A DNA stretch of 32,000 nucleotides from Allobaculum fili (lineage in GTDB: Bacteria; Bacillota_I; Bacilli_A; Erysipelotrichales; Erysipelotrichaceae), in assembly GCF_020969955.1 (NCBI RefSeq), contig NZ_JAHDSX010000001.1, positions 120,001 to 152,000 on the forward strand, read 5' to 3'. The notes under the pieces were generated by a model that had not been told where the DNA came from, did not search any database, and saw nothing but the letters and a program-made list of their open reading frames with translations. The position numbers were made by a program, and so were the translations under genes. Of the stretch, positions 1 through 7,798 are shown one piece after another. The number at the start of each line of letters is the position of its first letter. Position 1 is the first letter of the stretch.

Positions 1-75
1 TGGTTCTGTGTCCGCTGGCAGGTTCCCGGACGGAACAGCAGTCCGGCTGCTGAAAAGCGTGAATTCAGAATTCAG

Positions 76-122
76 AAAAAAGCCGGATTCTCTTCATTGA
101 AAAACAAAGAGGATCCGGCTTT
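76..122 (-). terminator. Rho-independent terminator downstream of the DUF2871 gene
   Basis: 14-bp stem agccggattctctt (81-94) pairs with aagaggatccggct (107-120), with one mismatch. On the minus strand it is followed by a T-run (complement of 71-80, ttcagaaaaa). Confidence 0.6.
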
Positions 123-202
123 GTAATGCGGGGGATTTTCCTGGAAAAGGGGGCAAAAGCGATGGGGGAGAGAAGGTCGGTGTTTGAAATCGAAGCTTCG
201 CT

Positions 203-634
203 TCAGTCTTTGGCCGCAAAAATCGCCTTGCGAATTTCCAGAAGAAGGAGAACCAGGCTGACGCCCAGAACAATGTGGCCGATACCGGCAATGCCGGAAA
301 TGGCGGCGCTTGCGCCGTGTGAGAGCGGCGTGCTGAACACCTGGAGTGTGCCGCGCACCAGCATCATAATTTCGGTCAGAATCAGACCGAGGTTGTAGGC
401 AAGAATGATGTGATCGGTCTTCTTTGTCGTAAAGGCGAAGTTCTTTTCCAGCAGGACGAGAAACAGGAACATCGCCATCCCTAACATAAAGAAATGGGGA
501 TGGACGACGGAAAGCATCGTCTTGCCGGTATAGCCGACAAACTTGGGCAGTTCGCGGAAATAGACACCGCCGACCATGGCCAGAAGCGCATAGACCAGAG
601 CGGTATTCATGTACTTTTTCATGGATTGTTTCAT
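203..634 (-). CDS. DUF2871-family small integral membrane protein (143 aa)
   Basis: Four hydrophobic segments. The N-terminus ...ALVYALLAMVGGVYFRELPKF..GKT.LSVVHPHFFMLGM matches my recollection of the DUF2871 pattern. ATG at 634 is preceded by GAAAGGAAAA. TGA stop, followed by a terminator. Confidence 0.75.
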   Translation of the reverse strand: MKQSMKKYMNTALVYALLAMVGGVYFRELPKFVGYTGKTMLSVVHPHFFMLGMAMFLFLVLLEKNFAFTTKKTDHIILAYNLGLILTEIMMLVRGTLQVFSTPLSHGASAAISGIAGIGHIVLGVSLVLLLLEIRKAIFAAKD

Positions 635-665
635 ACTCGCGTTTTCCTTTCTTCGCTTTACGCGT

Positions 666-1340
666 TTAAGCCGAGGCTTTCTGGGATTTCTTCATCGCGC
701 TATAGCCGATCAGAACGGTCCAGACATACGCGCATGTCTTCGGGATCATTAACATGCCGATCGCTGGAACTTTCGAGGCGAACAGTACAACGGGAATGTA
801 GAAGGCAAAACTCAGAACGATCGTCAGCCACATCCATTTAAACGCCTTGTCCTTGGCGGCTTTGGCACTGCGATAAAACAGAACGATCATGAGCAGACCG
901 AGCAGCGCGAACGGGATGTTGCGGTAAATGCCCCAGGAGAGCGGCTCATGCGTGGATGTCCACGCGTTTTGGGGGAAGAGGCAGAGCGCAATCCGAATGA
1001 TGGCCAGACACCAGACGATAATCGTCAGGTTCTGCGTATGTTTTGGGTGATAGCGCTCCTTCCAGACGGAATAAAGCAATACGTAAAAAATGGTCATCGT
1101 AATGGATGTGATGAGCTTTCCGATGCCCAGCGCGGCGGTGTAGTGATCCAGACCGGTGGTACAGAGAGCGACCATACGCGGAACGAGATGGAACGCGTCG
1201 CCGCATCCCAGAATAACGGCCATCCATCCAAAGAGACGGTATTGTTTCACACCCTTGCAATCGCGAATCATTAAAATGCCGAGGGTGATGACGGTAAACA
1301 GATAAACCACATCAAACAGGGTTTCCAGAATAGCCTGCAT
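666..1340 (-). CDS. Integral membrane protein of unknown function, about 7 hydrophobic segments (224 aa)
   Basis: Strong RBS AAAGGAG 7 nt before the ATG at 1340. Seven hydrophobic stretches by eye. Motif GCGDAFHLVPR in segment 2 and a Lys in the last segment (MLMIPKTCAYVW). I do not recognise a family. The 31-nt gap to the DUF2871 gene suggests co-transcription. Confidence 0.7.
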   Translation of the reverse strand: MQAILETLFDVVYLFTVITLGILMIRDCKGVKQYRLFGWMAVILGCGDAFHLVPRMVALCTTGLDHYTAALGIGKLITSITMTIFYVLLYSVWKERYHPKHTQNLTIIVWCLAIIRIALCLFPQNAWTSTHEPLSWGIYRNIPFALLGLLMIVLFYRSAKAAKDKAFKWMWLTIVLSFAFYIPVVLFASKVPAIGMLMIPKTCAYVWTVLIGYSAMKKSQKASA

Positions 1341-1419
1341 AGTAAGACTCCTTTCACGATCAGACTTTCCAGAACTAAATGTACGCTATGTAAGCGGCAG
1401 AGAAGATCGATGCGCCCAG

Positions 1420-1448
1420 ATAATGTGAACAATGTTCACTTTTGACAA
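1420..1448 (-). promoter_or_regulatory. Sigma-A-type promoter with an embedded perfect palindrome (candidate TetR operator) for the 7-TM/DUF2871 gene pair
   Basis: On the minus strand: TTGTCA (1443-1448), a 17-nt spacer, then CATTAT (1420-1425). The spacer contains GTGAACA-N-TGTTCAC (1425-1439), a 7+1+7 perfect inverted repeat. Confidence 0.55.
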
Positions 1449-1480
1449 AAAAATTGTTCTGAGGCAGGAAGGCCTCAGAA
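1445..1480 (-). terminator. Rho-independent terminator of the TetR gene
   Basis: 9-bp stem ttctgaggc (1457-1465) pairs with gcctcagaa (1472-1480) and overlaps the TGA stop. A run of 7 T follows on the minus strand (complement of 1447-1453). Confidence 0.7.
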
Positions 1481-2032
1481 CAGAAGCCGGTCGGCGGCGG
1501 TCAGAATCAGGGAAGGATCGTAGTTTTCCTCAACAATGGAAGCCAGAAGCAGGGAAAACAGAATCTGCGCTGCCTGTTCCGACGAGAACGCAGGGTCGAA
1601 TCGGTTTGCGGAAATAGAGGGGTCCTTTTCGATCGTCTGCGTGATCGTACGGACGATCTGCTTCCAGGTCCTTCGCATGAAGACGGAGCTTTCCTGCCGT
1701 TCGTTGCTGGCGATCAGGCGGGCGTGCATGGTCGCAAAGCCTGGATACGTATGAAAGACGTCTTCCATCTGCGCATACCATTGCTTCAGCAGGGCCTTCA
1801 AGTCGTTCTGTTTCAGAAAGCCTTCAGGTAAATGGAAAATTTCCTTCCATATGCTGATGACGGTGGCGCTGACCAGATCGCTTTTCGAAGGAAAGTAATG
1901 GTAAAGACAGCCGACCGAAACCTGGCAGGCGCTCGAAACGTTCCGAATGTTTAAATCGTTCCAGCCCTGTGTCGAAGCCATACGACGACACGTTTTCAGA
2001 ATTTCTTCCTTGGACGTTGCAGCGGGTTTCAT
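1475..2032 (-). CDS. TetR/AcrR-family transcriptional regulator (185 aa)
   Basis: N-terminal HTH ...LNIRNVSSACQVSVGCLYHYFPSKSDLV is typical of TetR. I chose the ATG at 2032 (MKPAATSKEE) because GGAAAGGAGAG lies just upstream. The longer ORF-track start at 2191 has no RBS and runs into the azlD terminator. Confidence 0.85.
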   Translation of the reverse strand: MKPAATSKEEILKTCRRMASTQGWNDLNIRNVSSACQVSVGCLYHYFPSKSDLVSATVISIWKEIFHLPEGFLKQNDLKALLKQWYAQMEDVFHTYPGFATMHARLIASNERQESSVFMRRTWKQIVRTITQTIEKDPSISANRFDPAFSSEQAAQILFSLLLASIVEENYDPSLILTAADRLLF

Positions 2033-2157
2033 TGCACTCTCTCCTTTCCTTTTGCTTTTCGGATCTCGTTTCTGGTCTCTCTCGGATCTCATTCGCGGTC
2101 GTATCCCTGGCGTAAGCCAGTCAGGCGGGAGATCTCCAGTTACTGTGATTATAAAAC

Positions 2158-2199
2158 AGGAAAAAAGCGAAACGCATCTCGATCGAGACACGCTTCGCT
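2158..2199 (-). terminator. Rho-independent terminator of azlCD
   Basis: 17-bp inverted repeat at 2166-2182 / 2183-2199. It forms a complete hairpin with three G.U pairs only in minus-strand RNA. TTTTTT follows (complement of 2161-2166). Confidence 0.65.
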
Positions 2200-2209
2200 C
2201 TGGCTTTTT

Positions 2210-2515
2210 TCAATACACGAAAAGATACAGAAGCAGATCGAGCAGAACGGCCGCCAGTACGCTGACGATAACGGGCTTTTTACGATAGGCGCAGAGCACG
2301 GCGATCGCGCCGCCGCCCACCCCGATCAGAATGTGCTTTGGATCTGTCTCCAAAATTCCGGGAAAGATCAGCGAAGCCATGACCGTATACGGCAGCAGCT
2401 GCAAAAAGATTTTGCCTTTGGAAGAAAAATGAATTTTCGAGACGAGCAGAGCCGGCACGAGACGCGGAATCATCGTGGAGAGCGAAAGCAGAACGGTCAG
2501 CAGGAAGAAATTCAT
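2210..2515 (-). CDS. azlD: AzlD-family branched-chain amino acid transport protein (101 aa)
   Basis: Small, very hydrophobic protein (MNFFLLTVLLSLSTMIPRLVPALL...). Its start overlaps the azlC stop in an ATGA overlap at 2512-2515, the classic azlC-azlD arrangement. Confidence 0.8.
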   Translation of the reverse strand: MNFFLLTVLLSLSTMIPRLVPALLVSKIHFSSKGKIFLQLLPYTVMASLIFPGILETDPKHILIGVGGGAIAVLCAYRKKPVIVSVLAAVLLDLLLYLFVY

Positions 2516-3267
2516 ACGTCTTCCTCCTTTACAAAGAGCAGACCGATCAGCGCGCCGGCCAGCGAACCGATGACAATATTCCATCTGCCCTCAATATAGA
2601 CGCTCGCCAGCCAGGAAAAGAGCGCCGCCGCAAGAACCGGAATCCAGAGACGGGCATGCTTTTGCAAGGAAGGCGTCAGCAGCGCCAGAAACATCGCCGG
2701 CATGGCGATGGCGAACGCCGCGGTTAAGACGGGCGGGAAAAAGGCGCAGAGTACGGCGCCCAGCGCGGTTCCGACCCACCAGGAAAACCAGGCGCCAAAG
2801 GCCAGACCGCCAAAAAAGGCCGGCGTGATTTTCGAATGATCCTGCGTTGTAAACATGGCGAACACTTCGTCGGTCACACCGAGCGAAAGCACACAGCGCA
2901 GCCACAGCGGCGCTGTTTTCAGATCTTCCATGACGACCATGCTCATGATGATATGGCGCAGATTCATGACGAAAACGGAAATGACAATCGTCCAGAGCCC
3001 CGCGTTCTGTGCCAGCATCGACGCCGTCGTCATCTGTCCCGCGCCCGTATAGACGAACAGGGACAGTGACAGCGTCTGCCAGAAATTCATGCCTGCCGTC
3101 TGCGCCATGCCCGCGTAGGCGATGGCAACTGGAATATACCCCAGCATAATCGGCACGCTGGCCAGAAAGCCCGCTCGAAACGCGCCTTTGGACTTCGCGG
3201 CCGATGCCGGCTGGTTCTGGCATGCAGATGTCCTCTGGAGCTGTTCAGCCTCTTTGGATTCCTTCAT
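2512..3267 (-). CDS. azlC: AzlC-family branched-chain amino acid permease component (251 aa)
   Basis: AzlC-like sequence: GFLASVPIMLGYIPVAIAYAGMA...SLFVYTGAGQ...NLRHIIMS. The ATG at 3267 is preceded by AAAGGA with 7-nt spacing. The track start at 3288 is a TTG without an RBS. Confidence 0.85.
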   Translation of the reverse strand: MKESKEAEQLQRTSACQNQPASAAKSKGAFRAGFLASVPIMLGYIPVAIAYAGMAQTAGMNFWQTLSLSLFVYTGAGQMTTASMLAQNAGLWTIVISVFVMNLRHIIMSMVVMEDLKTAPLWLRCVLSLGVTDEVFAMFTTQDHSKITPAFFGGLAFGAWFSWWVGTALGAVLCAFFPPVLTAAFAIAMPAMFLALLTPSLQKHARLWIPVLAAALFSWLASVYIEGRWNIVIGSLAGALIGLLFVKEEDV

Positions 3268-3435
3268 GAAACTATCCTTTCTTTCCAATCGATCGCCTTT
3301 TATCGAGCGCCGTCTGGGCTTGTCTTGATCTGGCGATCCGGTTTTCTTTCTTATTCATTTCGCTTATTCTTTCCGATGTCACGCCAGCTTGAAAACCGTA
3401 TGAAAGCGCGGAAAAAAATGAAAAATTTGTGGAAT

Positions 3436-3492
3436 AGAAAAAAGATATGACATGTTTCCCGACCTGCTCAATTGGGAGGCGTCATATCTTTT
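3436..3492 (-). terminator. Terminator of the opp operon
   Basis: Stem gatatgac (3444-3451) pairs with gtcatatc (3481-3488) and has inner tccc/ggga pairing. It is flanked by A6 on the left and T4 on the right, so a T-run follows on either strand. It lies 47 nt past the oppF stop. Confidence 0.55.
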
Positions 3493-3538
3493 CCTTTGGA
3501 AGAATTTTGATTTGAGATTGTCTGGTTCTAAAGCCTTT

Positions 3539-4498
3539 TTAATTCAATCGGGCACTCTGACGCGCGTCTTCTTTGGCTTCTTCTACCCATTTGGCCAGCT
3601 CTTCATCGGTCGCCAGAACGTAATGCGTTCCGTCGATGTGCTGCTTCTTGCCTTTGGTGTAGTCGACGCCCATCGCGTCGGCATCGTAGGTGAGCGCCAC
3701 GCGTTTCTTTTCGATGACCGGGTTTGGTTCCGGGTTGGCGGAAAGAAGGGAGCGGGTGTACGGATGAACTGGATGCGTGAAGATTTCATCCGTTGTACCG
3801 GTTTCGACCAGATGGCCCTTATGCATAACGCCGATGCGGTCGGAAATGTATTTGACCATGCTCAGGTCGTGGGCGATGAACAGGAACGCCGTGTTGGTTT
3901 CCTTCTGAATTTTTTTCATCAGGTTGACGACCTGCGCCTGAATGGATACATCGAGCGCGGAAATCGCTTCGTCGGCGATGATCAGCTTCGGGTCCATGAT
4001 CAGCGCGCGGGCAATCCCGATACGCTGACGCTGTCCGCCGGAGAACTGGTGCGGATAGCGGTTAGCGTGTTCCTTGGACAGGCCGACGAGCTCGAGAATG
4101 TCGTAGACTTTCTGGTCGCGCTCTTCCTTCGTGTTGTACAGATGATGGATATCGAGGCCTTCCGCGATGATATCGAGAACTTTTTCACGCGGGTTGAGGC
4201 AGGCCATTGGGTCCTGGAAAATCATCTGCATGTTCGTATGGAGAAATTTCTCATCTTCATGCGACATCTTGCCGGATACGTCGCGGCCGCAGAACGTGAT
4301 TTTTCCGGACGTCGGACGATACAGGCGAATGATCGAACGGCCGGTTGTGGATTTTCCGGAACCGGATTCGCCCACCAGACCGTACGTTTCGCCCTCATCG
4401 ATCCAGAAGTCGATGCCGTCTACCGCCTTGACGGTAAAGGAACGGCTGACTTTGAAGTGCTGCTTGAGGTTTTCTACTTCAAGAATTCGATTGGCCAT
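3539..4498 (-). CDS. oppF: Oligopeptide/dipeptide ABC transporter ATP-binding protein OppF (319 aa)
   Basis: Walker A GESGSGKST, signature LSGGQRQR, Walker B LIIADE, and an Opp-type C-terminal domain. Its start overlaps the oppD stop (TAATG at 4496-4500). Confidence 0.9.
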   Translation of the reverse strand: MANRILEVENLKQHFKVSRSFTVKAVDGIDFWIDEGETYGLVGESGSGKSTTGRSIIRLYRPTSGKITFCGRDVSGKMSHEDEKFLHTNMQMIFQDPMACLNPREKVLDIIAEGLDIHHLYNTKEERDQKVYDILELVGLSKEHANRYPHQFSGGQRQRIGIARALIMDPKLIIADEAISALDVSIQAQVVNLMKKIQKETNTAFLFIAHDLSMVKYISDRIGVMHKGHLVETGTTDEIFTHPVHPYTRSLLSANPEPNPVIEKKRVALTYDADAMGVDYTKGKKQHIDGTHYVLATDEELAKWVEEAKEDARQSARLN

Positions 4499-5733
4499 TA
4501 TGCAGAAACCTCCTCTTCTTTACGTTCTGTTTCTTTGTTTTCAGCTACAGGTTCCTCTTTCGTTCCGAACGGTTTTTTCGGCGCGGTTACGGTATAGCCA
4601 GCAGCTTTGCGCATGCGCTCAAGACGTTCCCTGAGTTCAGGCGGCATCTGTACGTCCGGCGCCTTCGGGGCCAGAAGCCAGGTGGCGGCGGAGTGGGTAT
4701 TGGTAATGCGGAACATCGGCGGATCGATTTCTTCGTCGATTTTGAGTGCGAAGCGGTTGCGCGGGGCGAATGCGTCGCCCTTGATTTCGTACAGCAGGTT
4801 GGGCGGCGTACCCGGAATGGTGTACAGCTCGTCGCCGGATGTATCCATATCCGGCATGGACGCCAGAAGGCCCCATGTGTACGGATGACGCGGATCGTAG
4901 AAGATCTCGTTGATCGTACCTTTTTCGACGATCTTGCCGGCGTACATGACGTTGACGTAGTCGGCAACTTTGGCGACAACGCCGAGGTCGTGGGTGATGT
5001 AAATAACGGACAGATCCTTCTTTTTCTGGATGTCCTTGATCAGCTCCAGAATCTTGGCCTGAATCGTAACGTCCAGCGCGGTCGTCGGTTCATCGCAGAT
5101 CAGAACTTCCGGGTCACAGGAGAGCGCGATAGCGATAACCACACGCTGACGCATGCCGCCGGACAGCTGGTGCGGATAGTTTTTCATGCGCTTTTCCGGA
5201 TCGTTGATGCCGACCAGACGCAGCAGTTCGACCGCACGGTCCCACGCCTGTTTTTTCGGCATATTGTAATGGTAGCGCATGGCTTCCATGACCTGCTTGC
5301 CGATGGTCATCGTCGGGTCGAGCGAAGTCAGCGGATCCTGGAACACCATCGCAATGCGGCGGCCGCGGATCTGCGACTGAATGAATTTCGGGGAAGACTG
5401 AACGATATCGACCGTTTTCTTTTCTTCCGGTCTGGGGTAGCCGTCCGGAATGCGGCCATTGTATTTGGTCTGAATTTCCGCGATTCTCTCAGGCGGGAAT
5501 TCGTAGTACGTGTATTCAATCGATCCGTTCTGGATTTTTCCGTTGCCGGCCAGAATGCCCATGACGGCTTTGGTCGTAACACTCTTTCCGGAACCGGATT
5601 CGCCGACGATGGCGATCGTTTCGCCGCGGTGCAGATCGAGATTTACGCCGCGTACCGCGTTGACGGTACCGTTGTCGGTAGTAAAGGCGATATCGAGATC
5701 GCGGATTTTAAGAATGCGTTCTTTCTCTTTCAT
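4498..5733 (-). CDS. oppD: Oligopeptide ABC transporter ATP-binding protein OppD, with an internal insertion and a charged C-terminal extension (411 aa)
   Basis: Walker A GESGSGKSV, signature LSGGMRQR, Walker B LICDEPTTALD, H-loop ITHD. RBS GAAGGAGA lies upstream of the ATG at 5733. Confidence 0.9.
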   Translation of the reverse strand: MKEKERILKIRDLDIAFTTDNGTVNAVRGVNLDLHRGETIAIVGESGSGKSVTTKAVMGILAGNGKIQNGSIEYTYYEFPPERIAEIQTKYNGRIPDGYPRPEEKKTVDIVQSSPKFIQSQIRGRRIAMVFQDPLTSLDPTMTIGKQVMEAMRYHYNMPKKQAWDRAVELLRLVGINDPEKRMKNYPHQLSGGMRQRVVIAIALSCDPEVLICDEPTTALDVTIQAKILELIKDIQKKKDLSVIYITHDLGVVAKVADYVNVMYAGKIVEKGTINEIFYDPRHPYTWGLLASMPDMDTSGDELYTIPGTPPNLLYEIKGDAFAPRNRFALKIDEEIDPPMFRITNTHSAATWLLAPKAPDVQMPPELRERLERMRKAAGYTVTAPKKPFGTKEEPVAENKETERKEEEVSA

Positions 5734-5735
5734 CT

Positions 5736-6779
5736 CTACATCTCCTTCATTTTCGGGTCGAAGGCATCGCGCAGACCGTCAGCCAGCAGGTTGAAGGAAA
5801 GCATCAGAATACCGAGGATAACAACAGGAATAATGACCATGTACGGCGTAACCAGAATGGATTTGAAGCCGTCGTTGATCAGCGAACCCAGCGAAGCCTG
5901 CGGGGCAGGAACGCCAAGACCGACCATGGCGAGGAACGCTTCGTAGAAGATCGCGTTAGGAATGGAGAACATCGCCATGATGATGATCTGGCCAAAGATG
6001 TTCGGCAGAATTTTTTTGAAAATAATGAAGAATCCGCTCGCGCCCAGCGTCTTGGAAGCCAGAATGAATTCTTCTTCCTTGATCTTAAGCACCTGCGCAC
6101 GGGTGACACGGGCCATGCCGATCCACTCGGTCAGAATCAGGGCGACGATGATCGTATACAGACCCGGCTTCATGATGAGCAGAAGCAGCGTCAGAATAAC
6201 GAGCGTCGGAATGGAGTTCACGATTTCCTGGAAGCGCTGCATGATCGAATCGACCAGACCGCCAAAGTAGCCGGAAATCATACCGTAAATAATGCCGATG
6301 AAGACGTTGACGAGAACCGCGGTTCCGGCAACGAACAGGGAAATGCGGCAGCCTTCCCAGCAGCGAACCCACAGGTCGCGGCCGAGAACGTCGGTACCAA
6401 AATAGTGGTAGACGTTGGCGTATTCGCCGACGTACTGTCGAATGCCGCCCTGGCCGTTGAACCAGCCGATCCATTCCAGACCCGGAATGCGCGGGGCCAT
6501 GGACTGTTCCGCGGTATTTACGGCGTCAAAGCTGTAATGCGAAAGCATCGGGCAGGCAAACGAAAGAATAAGGAAAACAACAATGATGGCACCGCCGATG
6601 AGCGCGCCCTTGTTGGATTTAAAACGAACCCATACGTCGTGCATGAAGGAGGAACTTGGCGTGACCTCGTCATGATCCAGACGCGTCGGGATGTCGATCA
6701 GCTCGTAGTCCTGATCGAGAACGCGATAGCCCTCGAGAAATTCATCGAGCTGTTTCTGACTGGAAATTTCAGCACGCAT
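5736..6779 (-). CDS. oppC: Oligopeptide ABC transporter permease OppC (347 aa)
   Basis: BPD-transport permease signature (ASKTLGAS....ILPNI) and the extended N-terminus typical of OppC. The ATG at 6779 sits 1 nt after the oppB TAA stop. The longer track start would overlap oppB by 56 nt. Confidence 0.9.
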   Translation of the reverse strand: MRAEISSQKQLDEFLEGYRVLDQDYELIDIPTRLDHDEVTPSSSFMHDVWVRFKSNKGALIGGAIIVVFLILSFACPMLSHYSFDAVNTAEQSMAPRIPGLEWIGWFNGQGGIRQYVGEYANVYHYFGTDVLGRDLWVRCWEGCRISLFVAGTAVLVNVFIGIIYGMISGYFGGLVDSIMQRFQEIVNSIPTLVILTLLLLIMKPGLYTIIVALILTEWIGMARVTRAQVLKIKEEEFILASKTLGASGFFIIFKKILPNIFGQIIIMAMFSIPNAIFYEAFLAMVGLGVPAPQASLGSLINDGFKSILVTPYMVIIPVVILGILMLSFNLLADGLRDAFDPKMKEM

Positions 6780-6780
6780 C

Positions 6781-7728
6781 TTAAGCGTCCCCCTTTCCAA
6801 GGCGAATACGCGGGTCGATGATGCCGTACAGCACATCGATCAGCAGCATGACAAAGATGTATAAAGCGGAGTACAGGAAACTGATCGCCAGAATGACGTT
6901 ATAGTCGCGCACTTCAATCGCCTTGACGAGAAGCGAGCCAAGACCTGGAATCGCGCAGATTTTTTCGATAACCATACTTCCGGTCATCAGGCCAACGATA
7001 ATCGGACCGAGAACGGTGATTACCGGAATCAGACAGTTGCGGATTGCGTGCATCCAGATCAGACGGCGCTGCGAAATGCCTTTGGCCTGCGCGAGCAGAA
7101 TGTATTCGCTGCCCAGCACTTCAATCATTTCCGAACGGGTAAAACGCGCGACGTTGGCGACAACGCCAAAGGACATGGCGACCATCGGAATGATCGAAGA
7201 AGCGACCGGCCGGGCGTTGTTGTAAATGACAGGCAGAACGGGCATCTGTACGCCGAAGAGGATCAGCAGCAGAAGACAGATGACAAAGGACGGGATGGAA
7301 ACGCCGATAACAGACAGGATCGTCGCAAAGGTGTCCCAGAAATGGTTGCGGTTGAGCGCAGCCACGATCCCGAGAATCAGACCGAAAATCGTACCGATGA
7401 CGCAGGCGCCGATACCCAGACCGAACGAAACGCCGATACGGGGTCCGACGAGTGCGGAAACCGGCATGTTGCGCTGAATCGCGTAGGAAATGCCAAAGTC
7501 GCCTTTAATCATGTTGGCAACGTAAATAAAGAACTGCTGCAGCACGGGCTTGTCGAGTCCGTAGGCTGCGTAAATCTGTGCTCTCTGCGCCTCGGTCAGT
7601 TTCTCATCGTTGAACGGCGTACCCGGCATCAGCTTAAGCATCAAGAAGAGTACGAAAACAATCACAAATAACGTAACGATGGAAATCAGAACCCGACGCA
7701 GGATATATCGGATTGTTGATTTGTCCAT
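6781..7728 (-). CDS. oppB: Oligopeptide ABC transporter permease OppB (315 aa)
   Basis: N-terminus MDKSTIRYILRRVLISIVTLFVIVFVLFLMLKLMPG and the motif LAQAKGISQRRLIWMHAIRN are typical of OppB/DppB. RBS AGGAAGGA. Confidence 0.9.
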   Translation of the reverse strand: MDKSTIRYILRRVLISIVTLFVIVFVLFLMLKLMPGTPFNDEKLTEAQRAQIYAAYGLDKPVLQQFFIYVANMIKGDFGISYAIQRNMPVSALVGPRIGVSFGLGIGACVIGTIFGLILGIVAALNRNHFWDTFATILSVIGVSIPSFVICLLLLILFGVQMPVLPVIYNNARPVASSIIPMVAMSFGVVANVARFTRSEMIEVLGSEYILLAQAKGISQRRLIWMHAIRNCLIPVITVLGPIIVGLMTGSMVIEKICAIPGLGSLLVKAIEVRDYNVILAISFLYSALYIFVMLLIDVLYGIIDPRIRLGKGDA

Positions 7729-7741
7729 AATGAATCCTTCC

Positions 7742-7770
7742 TAAAAAACGGGCCCCTGGCCGGGACCCGT
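7742..7770 (-). terminator. Intercistronic GC-rich hairpin with T-run between oppA and oppB (partial terminator or attenuator)
   Basis: Minus strand reads cgggtccc-ggcca-ggggcccg followed by TTTTTT, immediately upstream of the oppB RBS. This arrangement classically gives excess substrate-binding-protein transcript. Confidence 0.65.
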
Positions 7771-7798
7771 TCAAAACATGTCTTTGGCAGGAAAGCGG

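Noticed and set aside
2128-2137. GGAGATCTCC perfect palindrome and tcggatctc direct repeats in the tetR 5' region; possible autoregulatory operator
   Set aside because: The palindrome is unrelated to the GTGAACA/TGTTCAC palindrome at the target promoter. A 10-bp palindrome containing a GATC/BglII-type core can occur by chance, and I could not define a convincing -35 element.
3452-5946. Long plus-strand ORFs (381 aa at 3452-4597; 417 aa at 4693-5946) antisense to oppF and oppD
   Set aside because: These are shadow ORFs. Their composition is Arg/Val/Phe/Asp/Gly-rich with no motifs and no RBS. The opposite strand carries unambiguous ABC ATPase motifs.
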